Source: the human T2T-CHM13v2.0 reference genome, Homo sapiens
Length of the DNA stretch: 64,000 bases
Reading direction: 5' to 3' (one strand)
NCBI RefSeq assembly: GCF_009914755.1
Contig: NC_060926.1
Part shown: positions 1-15,790 of the stretch, one piece after another
Layout of the letters: each line of letters begins with the position of its first letter
How positions within the stretch are numbered: position 1 is the stretch's first letter
The notes under the pieces: model-generated
Told to the model about the DNA's origin: nothing
The model's input: only the letters and a program-made list of their open reading frames with translations
Databases searched by the model: none
Translations under genes and position numbers: made by a program

Positions 1-3000
1 GCTGATGGTTGGGAGTCTTCTGTACAGGGCCAGTCTGAGAGATCCTGCTTTGTCTAAGGCACAAATGTGAATACAGAGTCCAACACAATGAAGAACAGGC
101 AAAGTGTTCCAAACAAAGAAATAAGAAATATCTCCAAAAACTAGTCCTAATAAAGCAGAATTATATGATTTACCTGACAGAGAATGTAAAATAGTTCTTT
201 TAAAGATGTTCACCAAGAGAACAATGCATAAGCTAAGTGAGAATTTCAACAAAGAGACAGAAAATATTTTAAAGTACCAAATAGAAATTATGGAGTGGAA
301 GAACACAATAACTGAATTGAAAAATCCACTGAAGAGTTCAATAGCAGACTATATCAAGCAGAAGAAAGAATCAGCCACTTGAAGACAAGTCACTAGAAAT
401 AATTCAGTCAGAGGAGAAGAAAAAGAATGAAAGAGAGTAAAGAAAGCTTAAGGGAATTGTGAGACACCATCGGGTGAACCAATACATGCATTGTGGAAGT
501 TTCAGAAGGCAAAGAGACAGAAAGGATCGGAAAGCTCATTAAAAAAATTTAATGGCTGAAAACATCCCAAATCTGAGGAAGGAGTTGGACCCACATCCAA
601 GAATCCCAAAGAACACCAAAAAGTGAATCCAAATATATCCACACCAAGACACAGTGTATTCAAATTGCCAAAAGTCAAAAACAGAAAGTTTTGAAAGTAG
701 AAAGAGAAAAGCAACTTGTCACATAAAAAGAAACTCTGATGAGACTATCAGTGAATTATTCAACAGAAACTTTGTAGGCCTGGAAACAATAGGACAATAT
801 ATTCAAAGTGCTAAGAGAAAAAGACTGCCAACCAAGAACACTACACCCAGCAAAATTCTCCTTCAAAACTGAAGGAGAGACAAAGATGTTCACAGACAAA
901 CAAAAGCTGAGGGAGTTCTGTACCAGTAGACCTGCCATCCAAAAAATGCTAAAGAAATTTTTCAAGTTGAAATAGAATGATGCTAAAGAGCAATATGATA
1001 TCATTAGAAAGTATAAAACTCATTGGTAAAGGTAAATATACAGAAATGTAAAATATTATATTACTGTAGTATAAAAGTGGGTGATTCACTTTTAATTCTA
1101 GTATGAAAGACAAAAGCACAGAAAGTAAACTAAAGCATGTTTAAATATTTACAGTATGAATAAATGTAAATCATGACCGCAGTAACATAAAGTGATCAGA
1201 GAATAAATTAAAGTGTATAGTTTCTATACGTAATTGAACTTAAGTTGTTATCAGCTTAAAATAGACTGTTATAGTTGAAGATAGTTTATATAAGCCCCAA
1301 GGTAATCACACAAATAAAAATAGCTGTGGAAGTTACACAAAACAAAAAAAGAAAGGAATTAAAGCATATCAATACAAAAAAAATTATCAAAACACAAGGG
1401 AAGACAGCAAGAGAAAAAAAGGCAGATAAAAGAACTACAAGACTAAGAGAAACAACTAACCAAAAAATAGCAATAGTAATTTTTTCTCTATCAATAATTA
1501 CCTAAATTTAAATGGATGAAAATCATTACCAAAAGACATAGAGTCACTCAATAATTTTATTTAAAAAAAAAACTAATTATATGCTGTCTATGAAAAACTC
1601 ACTTTAGATTTAAAGACACACATAGGCTCAATATAAAGAGATAAAAAGGTACTTCATGTAAATGGCAACCAAAAGAGAGAGGGGGTGGTTAGACTTATAT
1701 CAGACAAAATAGACTTTAGTCAAAACTTCCACAAGAAACCAAGGGGAAATTTTGTCATTATAAAATGGTCACTTCACCCGGAAGATATAACAATCATAAA
1801 TATATATACACCTAACATCGGAGCACTTAAATATATAAAGCAAACATTAATAGAACTGAAGGGAGAAACAGAAAGCAATGCAATAATAGTAGGAGACTTC
1901 AGTACCCCACTTTCAATAATGAATAGAGCATTTATACAGAAAATAAGGAAACAGAGGACTTGAGAAACATTACAAAGCAAATGAACCTAACAGATATATA
2001 CAGAGCATTCCATCCAACAGCAACAAAATAAGCACCCCTCTCAAGTGCACACGGATCTTTCTCTAGGATAGATAACATGTTAGGTCATAAAACAAGTTCT
2101 AACAAATTTAGGAAGACTGAAATCATAGCAAGTGTTTTTTTTTCTAACCATAATAGAATGAAACTATAAATAAATAGTGAAAAGAGAACTGGAAAATTCA
2201 CAAGTATGTGGAAATTAAAAAACATACTCTTGAACAACCACTGGGTTAAAAAAGAAATTTTTTAAAGGAATCAGAAAATACTTTAAGACAAACAAAAAAT
2301 GGAAGCACAGCAGACCAAAATTTATGGAATGCAGCAAAACAGGACTAAGAGGGAAGTTCGTAGGGATAAATGCCAAATTGAAAAAGAAGAAATATCCCAA
2401 ATAAGTAACCTAACTTTATACCTCAAATAGAAAAGAACAACTAAGCACAGAGTCAGCAGAAGGAAGGAAATAACAAAGATTCAAGCAGAAATAAATAAAA
2501 TAAAAAATAGAAAAACAATTGGAAAAAAATCAATGAAATTGAGTTGTTTTTCTTTTGAAAAGAATAGAACAAAGTTAACAAACCCTTAACTGAACAAAGG
2601 AAAAAAGAGAGAGAAGACTCAAATAAAATGTTAAATGTAAGAAAAGACATTGTAGTTGATACCACAGAAACACAAAGCAACATAAGATACTACTATAAAC
2701 AATTATATGCCAACAAATTGGAAAACCTAGAAGAAGTTGATAAATGTTTAGAAACTTGCAAACTACAAAAAACTAAATCATTAAAAATAGGAAATCTGAA
2801 TAGACCTATAAATGATATGAAGATTGAGCCAGTAATCTAAAGTTTTCCAACAGAGAGAAGCCCAAGACTAGAAGGCTTCACTGGTGAATTCTACCAAACA
2901 TTCAAAGAAGAATTAACACCAATCCTTCTTAAACTTTTCCAAGAAATTGAAGAGCAAGAATACTTCTAAATACTTTTTATGAGGATGGTATTACCCTGAT

Positions 3001-4075
3001 ATGAAAGCTAGATAAAGGCACCACAAGAAAAGAAAATAACAAGCCAGTATCTCTGATGTGTACAGATGCAAAAATCCTCAACAAAATACTAGTGAACTGA
3101 ATTGAACAGCACAGTAAAAGGATCATATACCATGACCAAGTGGAATGTATCCCTGGAATGCAAAGATGGTTCAAAATGCAAAATTTAATTAATATAATAC
3201 ATAAACAGAATAAAAGATAAAAATCACACAATAATATGTATCATAGATGCAGAAAAAGTGCCTGACAAAATTTAACACCCTTTTATGATTTAAAAAACCT
3301 TTCAATGAGCTATGAATAAAAGAAAATTACTTCAATGTAATAAAGGGCCATGAATGAAAAACCTACAGCTGACATCACACTCAGTAGCAACCAACTTAAA
3401 GCTTTTCCTCCAAGATGAAAAACAAGGACAAGGATGCCCATTCTGCCCATTCTATTCAACATAGTACTAGAAGGCCTATCCAGAAAAATTAGGCAAGAAA
3501 AAGAAATAAAAGGCATTCAAATCATAAAGAAAGTAAAATTATCCCTCTTTGCAGATGACATATTATATATAGAAATTTCTAAAGACTTTATAGAAAAACT
3601 GTTAGAACAACTAAACAAATTCAATAAAGTTGGAGGATACAAAATAAATTTACAAAAATTCAGTTATGTTTCTGTACGCTAATAATGAACTATTTGGAAA
3701 GGAAATTAGGAAAATGAGTTTATTTATAATAGCGCTAAATGAATAAGATATCTAGGGATTAACTTAACTAAGGAAGAGAAAGACTTGAACATTGAAAACT
3801 ACAAAATATTGGTAATAGAAATGAAAAAAATATTTAAAAATGGAAAGATAGCTTATGTTCATGTATCAGAAGACCTAATATTGTTAAAATGTCCAACTAC
3901 CCAAAGTGATGTACAGATTCAAATCAATCCCTGTCAAAATCCCCTTGGTATTGGTTACAGAAATAGAAAAAACAATTCCAAAATAAATACGAAATAAAAA
4001 ACCACGAATAGCCAGATCAGTTTTAAGTAAAAAAAAAGACCAAAGCTGGAGGCATCATACATTCTGATTTCAAGC
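1..4075 (+). mobile_element. Old LINE-1 (L1M-type): decayed ORF1, inter-ORF and ORF2 (EN + RT), 3' end missing
   Basis: A-rich + strand. ORF 1685-1963 (ISDKIDF...ITIINIYTPN...IIVGDFSTPLS) is L1 endonuclease. ORF 3434-3682 (LFNIVLEGL...KGIQI...LSLFADD) is L1 RT. Many stops and frameshifts. Confidence 0.93.
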
Positions 4076-4099
4076 ATTGATGTTATGGACTCATCTGCC

Positions 4100-4262
4100 A
4101 GGATTTGATTCCAAGCTCCACGCTCAGCAGCTGTATGACCTCAGGTAACACACTTAACCTCTATACCTCAGTATACTGAAGATAAAATGGGCATGATGAT
4201 GACATCAGGTTCATCAGCCAGTTGTGAGGCTGAAGGATGTAGCTAGAGAAAGGCTGGCACAA
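4100..4262 (+). mobile_element. MIR SINE fragment
   Basis: MIR core gctgtatgacctcaggtaacacacttaacctct...cctcagt...aaaatggg. Confidence 0.65.
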
Positions 4263-6826
4263 AACCAGGACTCATGATGTGCAGGCTACCCTCCTATCGC
4301 TTCTATGGTGAACTTCTCACAAACTGAGTATGCGATACCCCCAACACCTCATAAAACTCAAACGTGAAGGGGCTAAAGAAACTGGGCAAAGACCCAGGCA
4401 GTACCCCAGTCTCAGTCAAGGCATCTCGGACAGCAGGCTGGGAAAGAAGGCAGAGCCTCCAAAGAGCTCAGCAGGCAGAGGGGGCTCCATTGTCAAGGCC
4501 CAAGAGCTAGGTTTCCCTAGGAACCCTGCAGAGGCCACAGCTGAGCCAGAGGTCAGAGATAGATAGAGACCCAGGATTCTGAGAGGGGATGGTAACCCCA
4601 AGTCCTCGTCTTTGTCCCTAGCCAGCTGGACCAGCAAACCAGAGCTGAACAGGATGAGGTGTGAGGCCCAAAGGGCTCTCCTCTCATCGAGCTGTGACAT
4701 GCTGTTTCCAACACACCAGGTACAGAAGGGGCCACCTGTAAAGGCTGAGATGGAGGTCTCAAGGGACAGAGCCCAAATTGACCCTGTGAGGGAGGAAAAG
4801 CCAGGCAGAATCCCTGGGGAAGGTTTGGAGACACCACTCCCCACTGGAGAGGTGTCAGACCTGTACTGTGAAAACTGGGGATATGAGAAGCCCATAGAAG
4901 CAGGGAGGGGATGCAGGCAAGGCCTCCTGTCATCCCTCTGCATGGCTCAGCCACAGAAGAGGCTGCACTCACCCCAGCAGAGAAACCTCCAAGATAGGGC
5001 AGGAACAGGGGAGAATCTGTCCATTGCTCACTCAAGCCACAGACTCCCTGGAACGGAGAGCCAGCTCCTGAAATCACCATGGTGAGAGTGTCCACACTCC
5101 AGTATCAGCACATGCTGCAGATCAGGGCTGCTTTTCTGCAGATGCCATTGCTCTGCTCAGTAGTACCAGTACACCCCTGATTGTAGCACAGCGTGGTCAG
5201 TGCTGAAGGCGGGAAAGTGAACAGTCTGACCCGACCTGGGATCAGCACAGGCAGTGCAGGGGAGCAGTCATGTAGTACCCCAGAACCCTGCATGGGGGCC
5301 AGTGGGCAGAGGTGCATTCCAGGCAGTATGTGTACCGTGGACAAAGCCAAGAGGTAAGAATCGTCCCATCCAGCTCCAGCGCAGGTGCCCTGGGACCCTC
5401 ACTGAGCAACAGAGACACTTGGATGATTCACTAGGAACCAGCCTCCTCTGGGCTCCAGGGTTACGGCAGCCTCTGATGGAGTCGGCTGGACCCAGGGCCC
5501 ACCACAGACTGAATCTCCCATGCAAGGTGCCTAGAAGAGGAGTTCACGCTCCTCTCCAGTGCCCCCGTAAGCCCGCTGACTTTCACAAGCCCTTGTCATG
5601 CTTGGACATGAGACATTTATTGAAGTTAGATGACAGTCAGGAGAGCTCTCTGGTTCCTCTCTAGCGGTAAATAAATGTCACAGGGAAATGCCCTGACACT
5701 GTCCCTGGTAAGGAGGAAATGTGAGAAACCCAGAGAGAGCCCTGGAAAACCGCCTGCAAGAGGCCCTGATGGGCAGAACCCGATCATCCTGCACTGTGGG
5801 GCTGGGGCTTCCTGCACTGCTGTGTGGGTGGTGATGGTCACAAACCTTCCAGCTCACCTGAAAAATGACAAGGTAGATCCTAACCAGGGTTCTCAAACCT
5901 GGCTGCCCATCAAAATCTCCCCAGATGAGGCTTGTGAATGGAGGGCTCAGACTGGCACACCTCAGGGTCGCTAAAGAGGGACGACCCCTCAGCACGTGCT
6001 TCTGATGCCAGATAACAGCACTAATCACAGCATCTCCTGTGATGGGTCCTTGCCAAATTAAAACTGGTCCAAACAGCCTCCAGATCTGACTCCCAATTTT
6101 TAAGAAATGTGGGGGATAGAATAACAAGTTAAATTATACCACAAAGATGCAATTGGCCAGACCTAGTACGTGGGACATTCTACAAAACAAATAACCCACT
6201 TTTTTCAGCGAATAAAGAAAAAGAGGAGGAGAAGGGAAGTGCTCATGGTGAGCCACTGGTTCTCAGTAAAGGCTTAACTGCACCCTTTTTCTTTCCAATG
6301 TTGAATACATAACCAAAATCCACTTATCTCTACTTCACAGACCACTCTCTTTTTTCCCTTTGTCCAGAGCTTTCTCTCTGGTAATTAGTTGTTATTTCAT
6401 AATGCAGTCTTAATAGTTCAATAAAAGCACACAGAAGGGGCATTCAGTGATTCAGTGGGGGTGGAATGTGGTGGTCCTTGGTGAAGTCCCCTGTCCGCCA
6501 TGGGCCAGCTGCCGCTGAGCTTGTCTGAGCCGGGATGGTCACAGGGGAGCTGTCACCAATGCAACAGGGATCCTTGGGTACAGGGGGCTGCCTCGGTGGG
6601 GAGGGGCTCACAGAACCAGTTTGGAAAGGTCCAGATTCCACAATGGGAGGTTCACGGGGTGAAGTCAGGCCAGCACAGTGAGGGGCTGCTTGAGAATAGG
6701 AACCAGGAGAAGCCACCACAGCAAGCCGGAGGAGAGGCCTGTGCCCAGGTAAGAGAGCAAGGCCACCTCAGCATGCAGCAGAACAGGGGTTGCAAAAACA
6801 TTCTCAGAGAAGAGCCCAAAAAGATG

Positions 6827-6853
6827 CAGCAGCAGCAGCAGCAGCAGCAGCAG
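6827..6853 (+). repeat. (CAG)9 trinucleotide repeat
   Basis: Nine uninterrupted CAG units read directly. Confidence 0.97.
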
Positions 6854-7109
6854 GCAGTGAGGCAGAGGCGAGAGGAAGCTGAGACAGTTCCCACAGGCCC
6901 AGTCCAATGTCCTGGGCCCCAGAGCCACCCTGGGCTGCTCTCAGGCCATGAAAACCCTGATAGCCCCAGCCCTGAGTCCTCTGCTTTCCACCTTCACAGC
7001 CCCAAGGGAAAGATGCCTGCCATTGTCACCCTCCCTGCCACCCCAACCCAAGTATTGTCTCCCCTGGATCAGCTCAGCCCTAGCCCTGCCTGCAAAAGAA
7101 GGAAGGGCA

Positions 7110-7566
<457 letters not shown>

Positions 7567-8869
7567 TCATGCACCCTCTCTGTGCCAGACCCGTGAATGT
7601 CCAGTAGATCTAGTATGCCCAACAGCAACTTCACTGAATGACAGAAATTAAAGACAAGGACTCTGAAGTCCAAAGAGGTGCAGTAATTTGCCCAAAGTCC
7701 CAGAGAACTCTCGATCTCACTCATTCTGATCCATAGACATTCTCTTTTTCATCACAGCACACTCGGCAAGGCAGCCAGGGCTCAGGTGGGTGGGACTGTC
7801 TACACGGGGGCTGCTTGTTCCAATAACTTAAGGGAGGAAGAGAGGCTGGTGAGCATCAGAGATATTTAGGATTTGACCGAGAAGTGATGCAATCTGCTCA
7901 CCCTCTTCCCAGTGAGGTCGGGGGAGCCCACAGCTGAGAAAATGTGGGGCAGGGGTGGGTGGAAACTCTTAGGGAGGATAGTGAGGTGTATAGTCCTAAG
8001 GGAGAAGCCAGTCAGAAAAGGGAGGTCCCAGTGAAGAAGGAAGCCAGGCGATGGGCTGACAGGAAGCAGTGCTCTGGGAGTGTGAGGAGGCACCAGCAGG
8101 TCCAGGAAGGAGGAGGAAGACTTTCAAAGATGAAGCAGCCAGCACCTCCAAGAGGCCCTGCAGACGTGGAGCACCCAGGGCAGACATACGGCTCTGCAGG
8201 TCCTGGAGGGGACTCCTGCTTGGGGAGGGGGCTGCAGAGGCCAGCAGGACAGACATTGGTGTTTGTAAGAGATAGAAAGCTGCCATGGCACCCAGGGGAA
8301 GGGGGCCGAAGAGGTGAGTGCAGTTGCTCAGGACCTGGAGCAAAAGTCCTGCTTCTGTGAGGGCAGGGAGGAGGGGGCAGGCAGCAGAGTCCCACAGAAG
8401 GAGAGTTGAGCCTTGGTAAAGCAGTTGATGGTGTCCCTAAGTCCCACCTAAAATCCCCTCAATTCACCCAGCTCTTCAATCATCCCACACACATACTATG
8501 TGCCAGAGTCTGTGATGGGCACTGGCTGAAGAGATGAGCAGGAAACCGTCCACCCCTCAGGGCCGTCTGATGGGGAAGATGGGTGGACCATCATGGATGG
8601 GAGTCATGGCAAAGTCATGGCACAGAGCTTGCTAAGACCCTGCCCAGCCAGGCCTCTGGGAGGAGGATACAGCTGCACCCCCAGGGACGTGGAGCCCAGT
8701 GGTGACTGTCTGCAGGGAGCCTAGGGAGCCTGAGAGAGGGACAGAAAATGACGCCAGGACAGGCATTCTGGGGCAGGCTTTAGGTGCTATTTTGTGAAGT
8801 CATTTTAACCAGGCCATGGTTAGGAAGGGATTATTATTTCATTTATATATCAAGAAAACTAAAGCTTAC

Positions 8870-9270
8870 TGCAATGGTAAATTTTATGTCAACTTGGCTT
8901 GGCCATCATGCCCAGATATTATTCTGGATGTTTCTGTAAAGGTGATTTTTGGGAGAGATTAACGTTGAAATCCATGGGCTTTGAGTAAAGCAGATTGCCA
9001 TCCACAAAGCAGGTGGGCCACATCTAATCAGTTGAAGGACTTAATTGAACAAAGATGGACCAAGCAAGAAGGAATTCTGCCAGCAGATATTTCTGGACTC
9101 AAACTGCAACTCCTCCTTGGGTCTCTGGCCTTCTGGCCTAACCTAACCTGCAGATTTCAGATTTACCAAGCCTCTGCAATCACATGAGACAATCCCTTAA
9201 AATCTCTCTCTCTCTCTCTCTCTCCACACACACACACAAACACATGCAAACACACCCTGTTGCTTCTGTG
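8870..9270 (+). mobile_element. MLT2-family (ERV-L) solo LTR with internal (CT)n(CA)n
   Basis: atggtaaattttatgtcaacttggcttggcc...gagtaaagcagattgcc...aatcagttgaagg...cctgttgcttctgt matches MLT2. Confidence 0.8.
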
Positions 9271-10208
9271 CTTAAGTTCTATGCCCAAAGACATGCCAAT
9301 TGTATGAGGCTAGCAGATTTGAATCTAGGACAGCTGAAACCCCCCTAGCTGCCCTGGTCCACAGTAAACTTCACACTGATCCTTCAAGAAAGGAGAAAGA
9401 GGAAAGAAAGAAAGAAAATATCAGAAATTTAATCTATTTAGTCAACATAATTGATTGTCCTTTATTCTGAGAAATTGTTTTCCTTCTCTCAGTGTCAAAA
9501 TGGACTTTTCTTGGAGAAATGATAAGTTCTGATTAGCAATTGTTGACTTTTACAATTTCTTAATTTGGGAAATTAACAGATGAAATTCCTTTCAATATAT
9601 CAACTTTTAAAAATGTCACCGGCATCTCAAAAAACGCAAAGTCTAGGATCCCACTTCCAGGTGGCATGCTTGCTTGGACAAATGCACCTGACTTGAGGCT
9701 GTGAGTATTTCAGCAGCAGAGATGGCAGGGTGCAGGGACACAGGTCCACGCCAGTCCCAGCGGAAGGGGACAGCATTTGTGCCCGAGGAGGAAGCAAGCA
9801 GCAGAGGCCTGGGGGCTGTGGAAGAGGGGGAGCTGGCTACCCAGGAAGCCTCACCTACCTCTGTAACTCTGCTCCCATCTCCTCAACCAGTGCTGTGTAT
9901 TCTGCTGCATAGCCCGTGTGCTGCAACTGAACAAAACTCAATTGCCTAGATTAACTTGGCACTTCGATAATGCACTTAACCTCTGAGCCCCAGATATTTA
10001 GTAAGACTAATGGCACCACCACTGGGCTTCTTTATTTTACAGAATTTCTCCTCTCTGCCTGTGCCTTGGGTTGCTGCTCATAAAGGCCTCCCTGCAGCCT
10101 TTCTCCAGCCTTGTAGTCATAACCATCACCTTCTGTTTCATCTCCTGAGATATTCAAGCCTTGCTCCTTCAGGGTCTCGGGACTCCTGCAGCTTCAGGAT
10201 CCCTAAAC

Positions 10209-10210
<2 letters not shown>

Positions 10211-10240
<30 letters not shown>
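10211..10240. repeat. (TA)15 microsatellite
   Basis: Read directly. Confidence 0.97.
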
Positions 10241-10242
<2 letters not shown>

Positions 10243-10644
10243 CTCACACTCATAACCTGTTCCAGTTTCGAGGACTTCTTCTCTGGCCAGCAGTGTGGTC
10301 TTTGGACTAAGGGCCAGCTATGGGGTCCAGCCATATGGACCAGCTGTGTGACTCCTGCAGGTCTTAATAGTTCAAATGTAGATCAAAACACTTTCTCTTT
10401 TAATGTCAAATATGGCCAAGTGGAAGCCAAATAATACAAAGTGTTTCTCTGATTCAAAACTTCTTTTCTCTTTTAATTTTACTGGTGGAAATATTCCCAC
10501 ACCACCCTGTCTTCTAGCATCCTAAATCCAACTGAACATACCACTATGGATGGGGATAGTCTCTGGTTTACCATGACTGTGCTGTGCTGCCCCTGGACAT
10601 TTTGGGGACAGAGGGGACACTCTGGCTCCTCTAAAGGGACTTAG

Positions 10645-10993
<349 letters not shown>

Positions 10994-11674
10994 TCTCAGC
11001 AGCTTTTCTTTTGACCTTGGCCCACCTAGCGAATCAGGGCAACCTGGAGGTGGGGTTTGGATCCAAAGTGTTATACAGAAGGAATGTGAGTTCAGAGCGT
11101 GGCACAGACACAAGACCTGAAGGGCAATACAGGTGGGGATGCCACATGGAGCCTGATGGGTGAAAGCACCAGGGAACCATCAAGGCAGGTGGAATGAAAG
11201 CCCGAGGACAATCTGAGGTCAGGGGGCTGCAGCAGCTTTTTAACATTTCCCACTCCAACCACCTTGGGTGAGTTGAGTGCATTGTAAAAGCAGAGACAGG
11301 GGCATGGGTGTCTTTCTGTTGTTCTTTTCCTTTTTGCTAACCCTCGGGTACACATACCCACTGTTGTCTGCATGTCTGTGAAGGGCAGTCCTCCTCGCCA
11401 CAATGACCACAACCACCACTACCACCATGACCGCATATGCCTTCCATGAATCTGCTATGACCTGGAGACAAAAGAAATAGAAACTTCTTATCTAACTTGG
11501 GATAAAATAGGAATAACTGAGCTGAAATGAGAACCTTGGAGACTTAACAAACCTCAAGTACCTAAATTTTCCTGCATGGCCCTTATACCAGCAGTTTGAC
11601 TGCTGCAAGCCTGTGGTTTCAACTGGAAGCCCTTCTCACATCCCGTCACCACTTAGAGAAAGCATTTACAACCG

Positions 11675-11900
11675 TAATAACAACAGCTGTTTATTGCACA
11701 CTTACCACAGGCTAGGCTCTTGGCCAGCCCACAGTATACACAACATTTAACTCCTTTCAGTGTCCCTGAGAGATTGGGCAGGTTAACTCCATGGAATATG
11801 ATGATGCAACCTTGAGGCAGTTATGAACTTTGCTCGGGCCCCACAGCCAGTTAGTGATGGAGTCAGGATTCAGTATAAGGACTTTCTGGCTGCAAAGCCC
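11675..11900 (-). mobile_element. MIR SINE
   Basis: ttattgcacacttaccacaggc...tgaggcagtt...cacagccagttagtgatggagtcaggattc. Confidence 0.6.
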
Positions 11901-12047
11901 TTTAATGTTTTTCCCAATACTTCCTGTGACCTGCACATGCCTGTAAGAGCCGCAAAAAGCCTTACAGAGACAACTGGGGGATTGAGGTTCTTGCCACACT
12001 TCCAATTAAAGCACACTTCATCTGAGGAAATTAGCTTCATCCACTGC

Positions 12048-12099
<52 letters not shown>

Positions 12100-12627
12100 A
12101 GATGATAGATAAATAGATGATAGACAGATGATAGATAGATGATAGAATATGATAGATATTATGATAGATAGATGATAGATAGATAGATAGATAGATGATA
12201 GATAGATGATAGAGATAGATAGATAGATGATAGAATATGATAGATAGATAGATAGATGATATAAGATAGACAGATTGATAGATACATAGATACATAGATG
12301 ATGATGATAGATAGATAGATAGATTAGATAGATAGATAGATAGATGATAGAAGAGGATAGAAAGATAGATAGTAGATAGGCTGATTGATAGATACATAGA
12401 TGATAGATAGATTGATGATAGTAGATAGATACATTGATAATACATAGATAGATAGATAGACAGATGATAGATAGATAGAAGATGAAAGATGATAGAAAGA
12501 TAGAAGATTGATTCATAGATACATAGATGATAGATACATAGATGACAGATAGATGATAGATAGATAGATAGATGATAGATAGATAGATAGATGATACATA
12601 GATAGATAGACAGACAGATAGATAGAT
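12048..12627. repeat. Compound (GATA/TAGA)n tract, ~580 bp
   Basis: (GATA)11 at 12051-12094, then degenerate GATA/GAT/GACA/CATA units; source of spurious SIYL ORFs. Confidence 0.97.
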
Positions 12628-12983
12628 GGGAATGGAAACTTGTTTTGGAAGACTGTTTAGCATTATTTACCGAAGCTGAACATAAGCATCCCACTTGTAA
12701 GTATTTTCCCAACAGAAATGTGTATCTATATGCACCAAATGATGTATTCGAATGTGTTCATTCCAGACAATCTGTAGTATCTTTAAACTTGGAGCAACAA
12801 GATTTCCACCAACAGGAGAATGGATGTTTAAATAGTGTGTGTTCATGCCATGGAATGCTGCTAGCTCCCTGCAGCAGTGTAGCAGGGCCTCCTGCAGAGG
12901 ACATGGAGCCATAAGCCGAAGTCAGGACCCTAATCTTCCTATATTGCTCCACCTTTGCACCGTGTGTCTTCCCACAAGCATGA

Positions 12984-13473
<490 letters not shown>

Positions 13474-13475
13474 TA

Positions 13476-14059
<584 letters not shown>

Positions 14060-14369
14060 TCACTGGTCCCACTGCCACCCTCACATAGACGCCAAGGGAC
14101 CTCCTTTGACACACTGTCCCCACGAAGTTCACAAGCTGGTATTTTGGAAGGTGGGCCCAATTGGTAAAGAAAGGAACTCTACAAATTTTACTAAATCATC
14201 AGGGAAAAGAAGAAAGCTAAACACAGTTTTCTCTGAACAAAAATACAGCTTGGCTCACATAACACAGGCCATCTGGTCACATTCAAGTGAGCACATTCTC
14301 CAAAGCTCCCAAACCTGTACTAGACCATATTGGACACCAAAGATAAGAAGTTTGGCTTGGATTTCCTGG

Positions 14370-14850
14370 ATCACAGTTATCTTTTGCTGCATAACCAACC
14401 AACTCAAAACTTGGTGTCTTAAGGCAAAAACTATTTTTCATTTGCTCAAAATTCTGTGAGTCAGACATTTGGCCCAGGTTCCAGCGGGAGGTCCTTCTGC
14501 TTGTCTTGTCTGAAGTCACATATATGACAGTGGTCACCAAGTGACTTAAATAAAGCCAGATGGTCAAAGATGCCTTCAGTCACATGTCTGATGTTAGCAC
14601 TAACTAGGGGTTGCTAATTTAGGGAATCTTAGCTGGGAAGGATCGTCTCTGTTCAATGTGGACTTCATCCTGTAGGAAACTCGATCAGCCCTTTTCCACA
14701 TGATGATCCCAGAGAAGTATGCCAAAAGAATGAGAGCGGAAGCTGTAAAGCCTCTCAAGGCCTAGGCTCAGAAGTTACACATCACTTCTTCCATATTCTT
14801 TTGGTCCAGGTAATTCACATGGCCAAGCCTGTAGTCGGTGTTGGAGGACA
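14370..14850 (-). mobile_element. MLT1-family (MaLR) LTR
   Basis: agttatcttttgctgcataaccaacc...aaaacttggtgtcttaa...aaggcctaggctcagaagttacacatcacttc. Confidence 0.75.
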
Positions 14851-15071
14851 CTGCTTGCATATAGGAAAGGGCACGATGGCAGCCACATCGCAAGTAATCT
14901 ACAGGAGGCATTGCTTGCCTGCTCTGCAAACCCAGCCCCAGGCTGCTTCCACGAAATGGATACCATCTTTAATGTCCACCACCCAAGAAAATGCTGAACC
15001 CTTGGCAATTGTCAGTAACTGAGAGGAAAAGACCAGGAAGTACAAATGTGGTGGTAGAAATGAGGAGTTTG

Positions 15072-15375
15072 TCACGCCTGTAGTCCCAGCACTGTGGGAG
15101 GCTGAGGCAGGCTGATCATCTGAAGTCAGGAGTTCGAGACTAGCCCGGCCGACATGGTGAAACCCTGTCTCTACTAAAAATACAAAAATTAGCCGGGCAT
15201 GGTGGCACACGCCTGTAGTCTCAGCTACTCAGGAGGCTGAGGCAGGAGAATTGCTTGAACCCAGGAGGCAGAGGTTGCAGGAGGTTGCAGTGAGCCAAGA
15301 TCACACTACTGCACCCCAGCCTGGGCTACAAGCGGGACTCCGTCTCAAAAAAAAAATAATAATAATAATAAAAAA
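15072..15375 (+). mobile_element. 5'-truncated Alu with (AAT)n tail, inserted in L2
   Basis: Starts tcacgcctgtagtccc; duplicated gaggttgcag; TSD aaatgaggagtttg / aaataaggagtttg. Confidence 0.95.
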
Positions 15376-15790
15376 TAAGGAGTTTGGATTAAGGCCCACT
15401 AAATTCCAGATGCAATCAATGTGGAGATTCAATCAGGCATATATGAATCTATAATTAAGAGAGAGGTCCTAGAAGGATATAAACATTTGTGAGTCAACAT
15501 TACATAGATAATGTTTAAAGACAAAGGACTAGATAAAGTCACAAGAGTGTGAGCATACATAGAAAAGTGAAGCAGTTGTAAGATTAAGCCCTGGAGCACT
15601 CTTGCAATAAGAGATCAGAGAATTAAGGAGAAATCAGCAATAAAAACTGAGAAAGAGTGGTTTATGATGTTGGAGAAAAAAAAAGAATAGTGTTGTATCT
15701 TAGAAGCTGCACACAGAAAATATATCCAGAAGTAGTATATCATTTTGTCAAATACCACTTATAAGTCAAACAAGGACCAGGAATTTAATT
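15376..15790 (-). mobile_element. L2 LINE fragment
   Basis: gagtcaacattacatagataatgtttaaag...ggactagataaagtcac...aagccctggagcact resembles antisense L2. Confidence 0.6.

Noticed and set aside
1685-3682. Endonuclease and RT ORFs
   Set aside because: Fragments of a dead L1 ORF2 with many frameshifts
4330-6127. Overlapping 130-180-aa ORFs on both strands
   Set aside because: No recognisable domain; expected by chance in GC-rich DNA
9420-9655. AT-rich stretch resembling an old DNA transposon fragment
   Set aside because: Could not identify TIRs or a family with confidence
11870-12712. 280-aa and 208-aa ORFs on the - strand
   Set aside because: Translation of the (TATC)n tract (SIYL repeats); not genes
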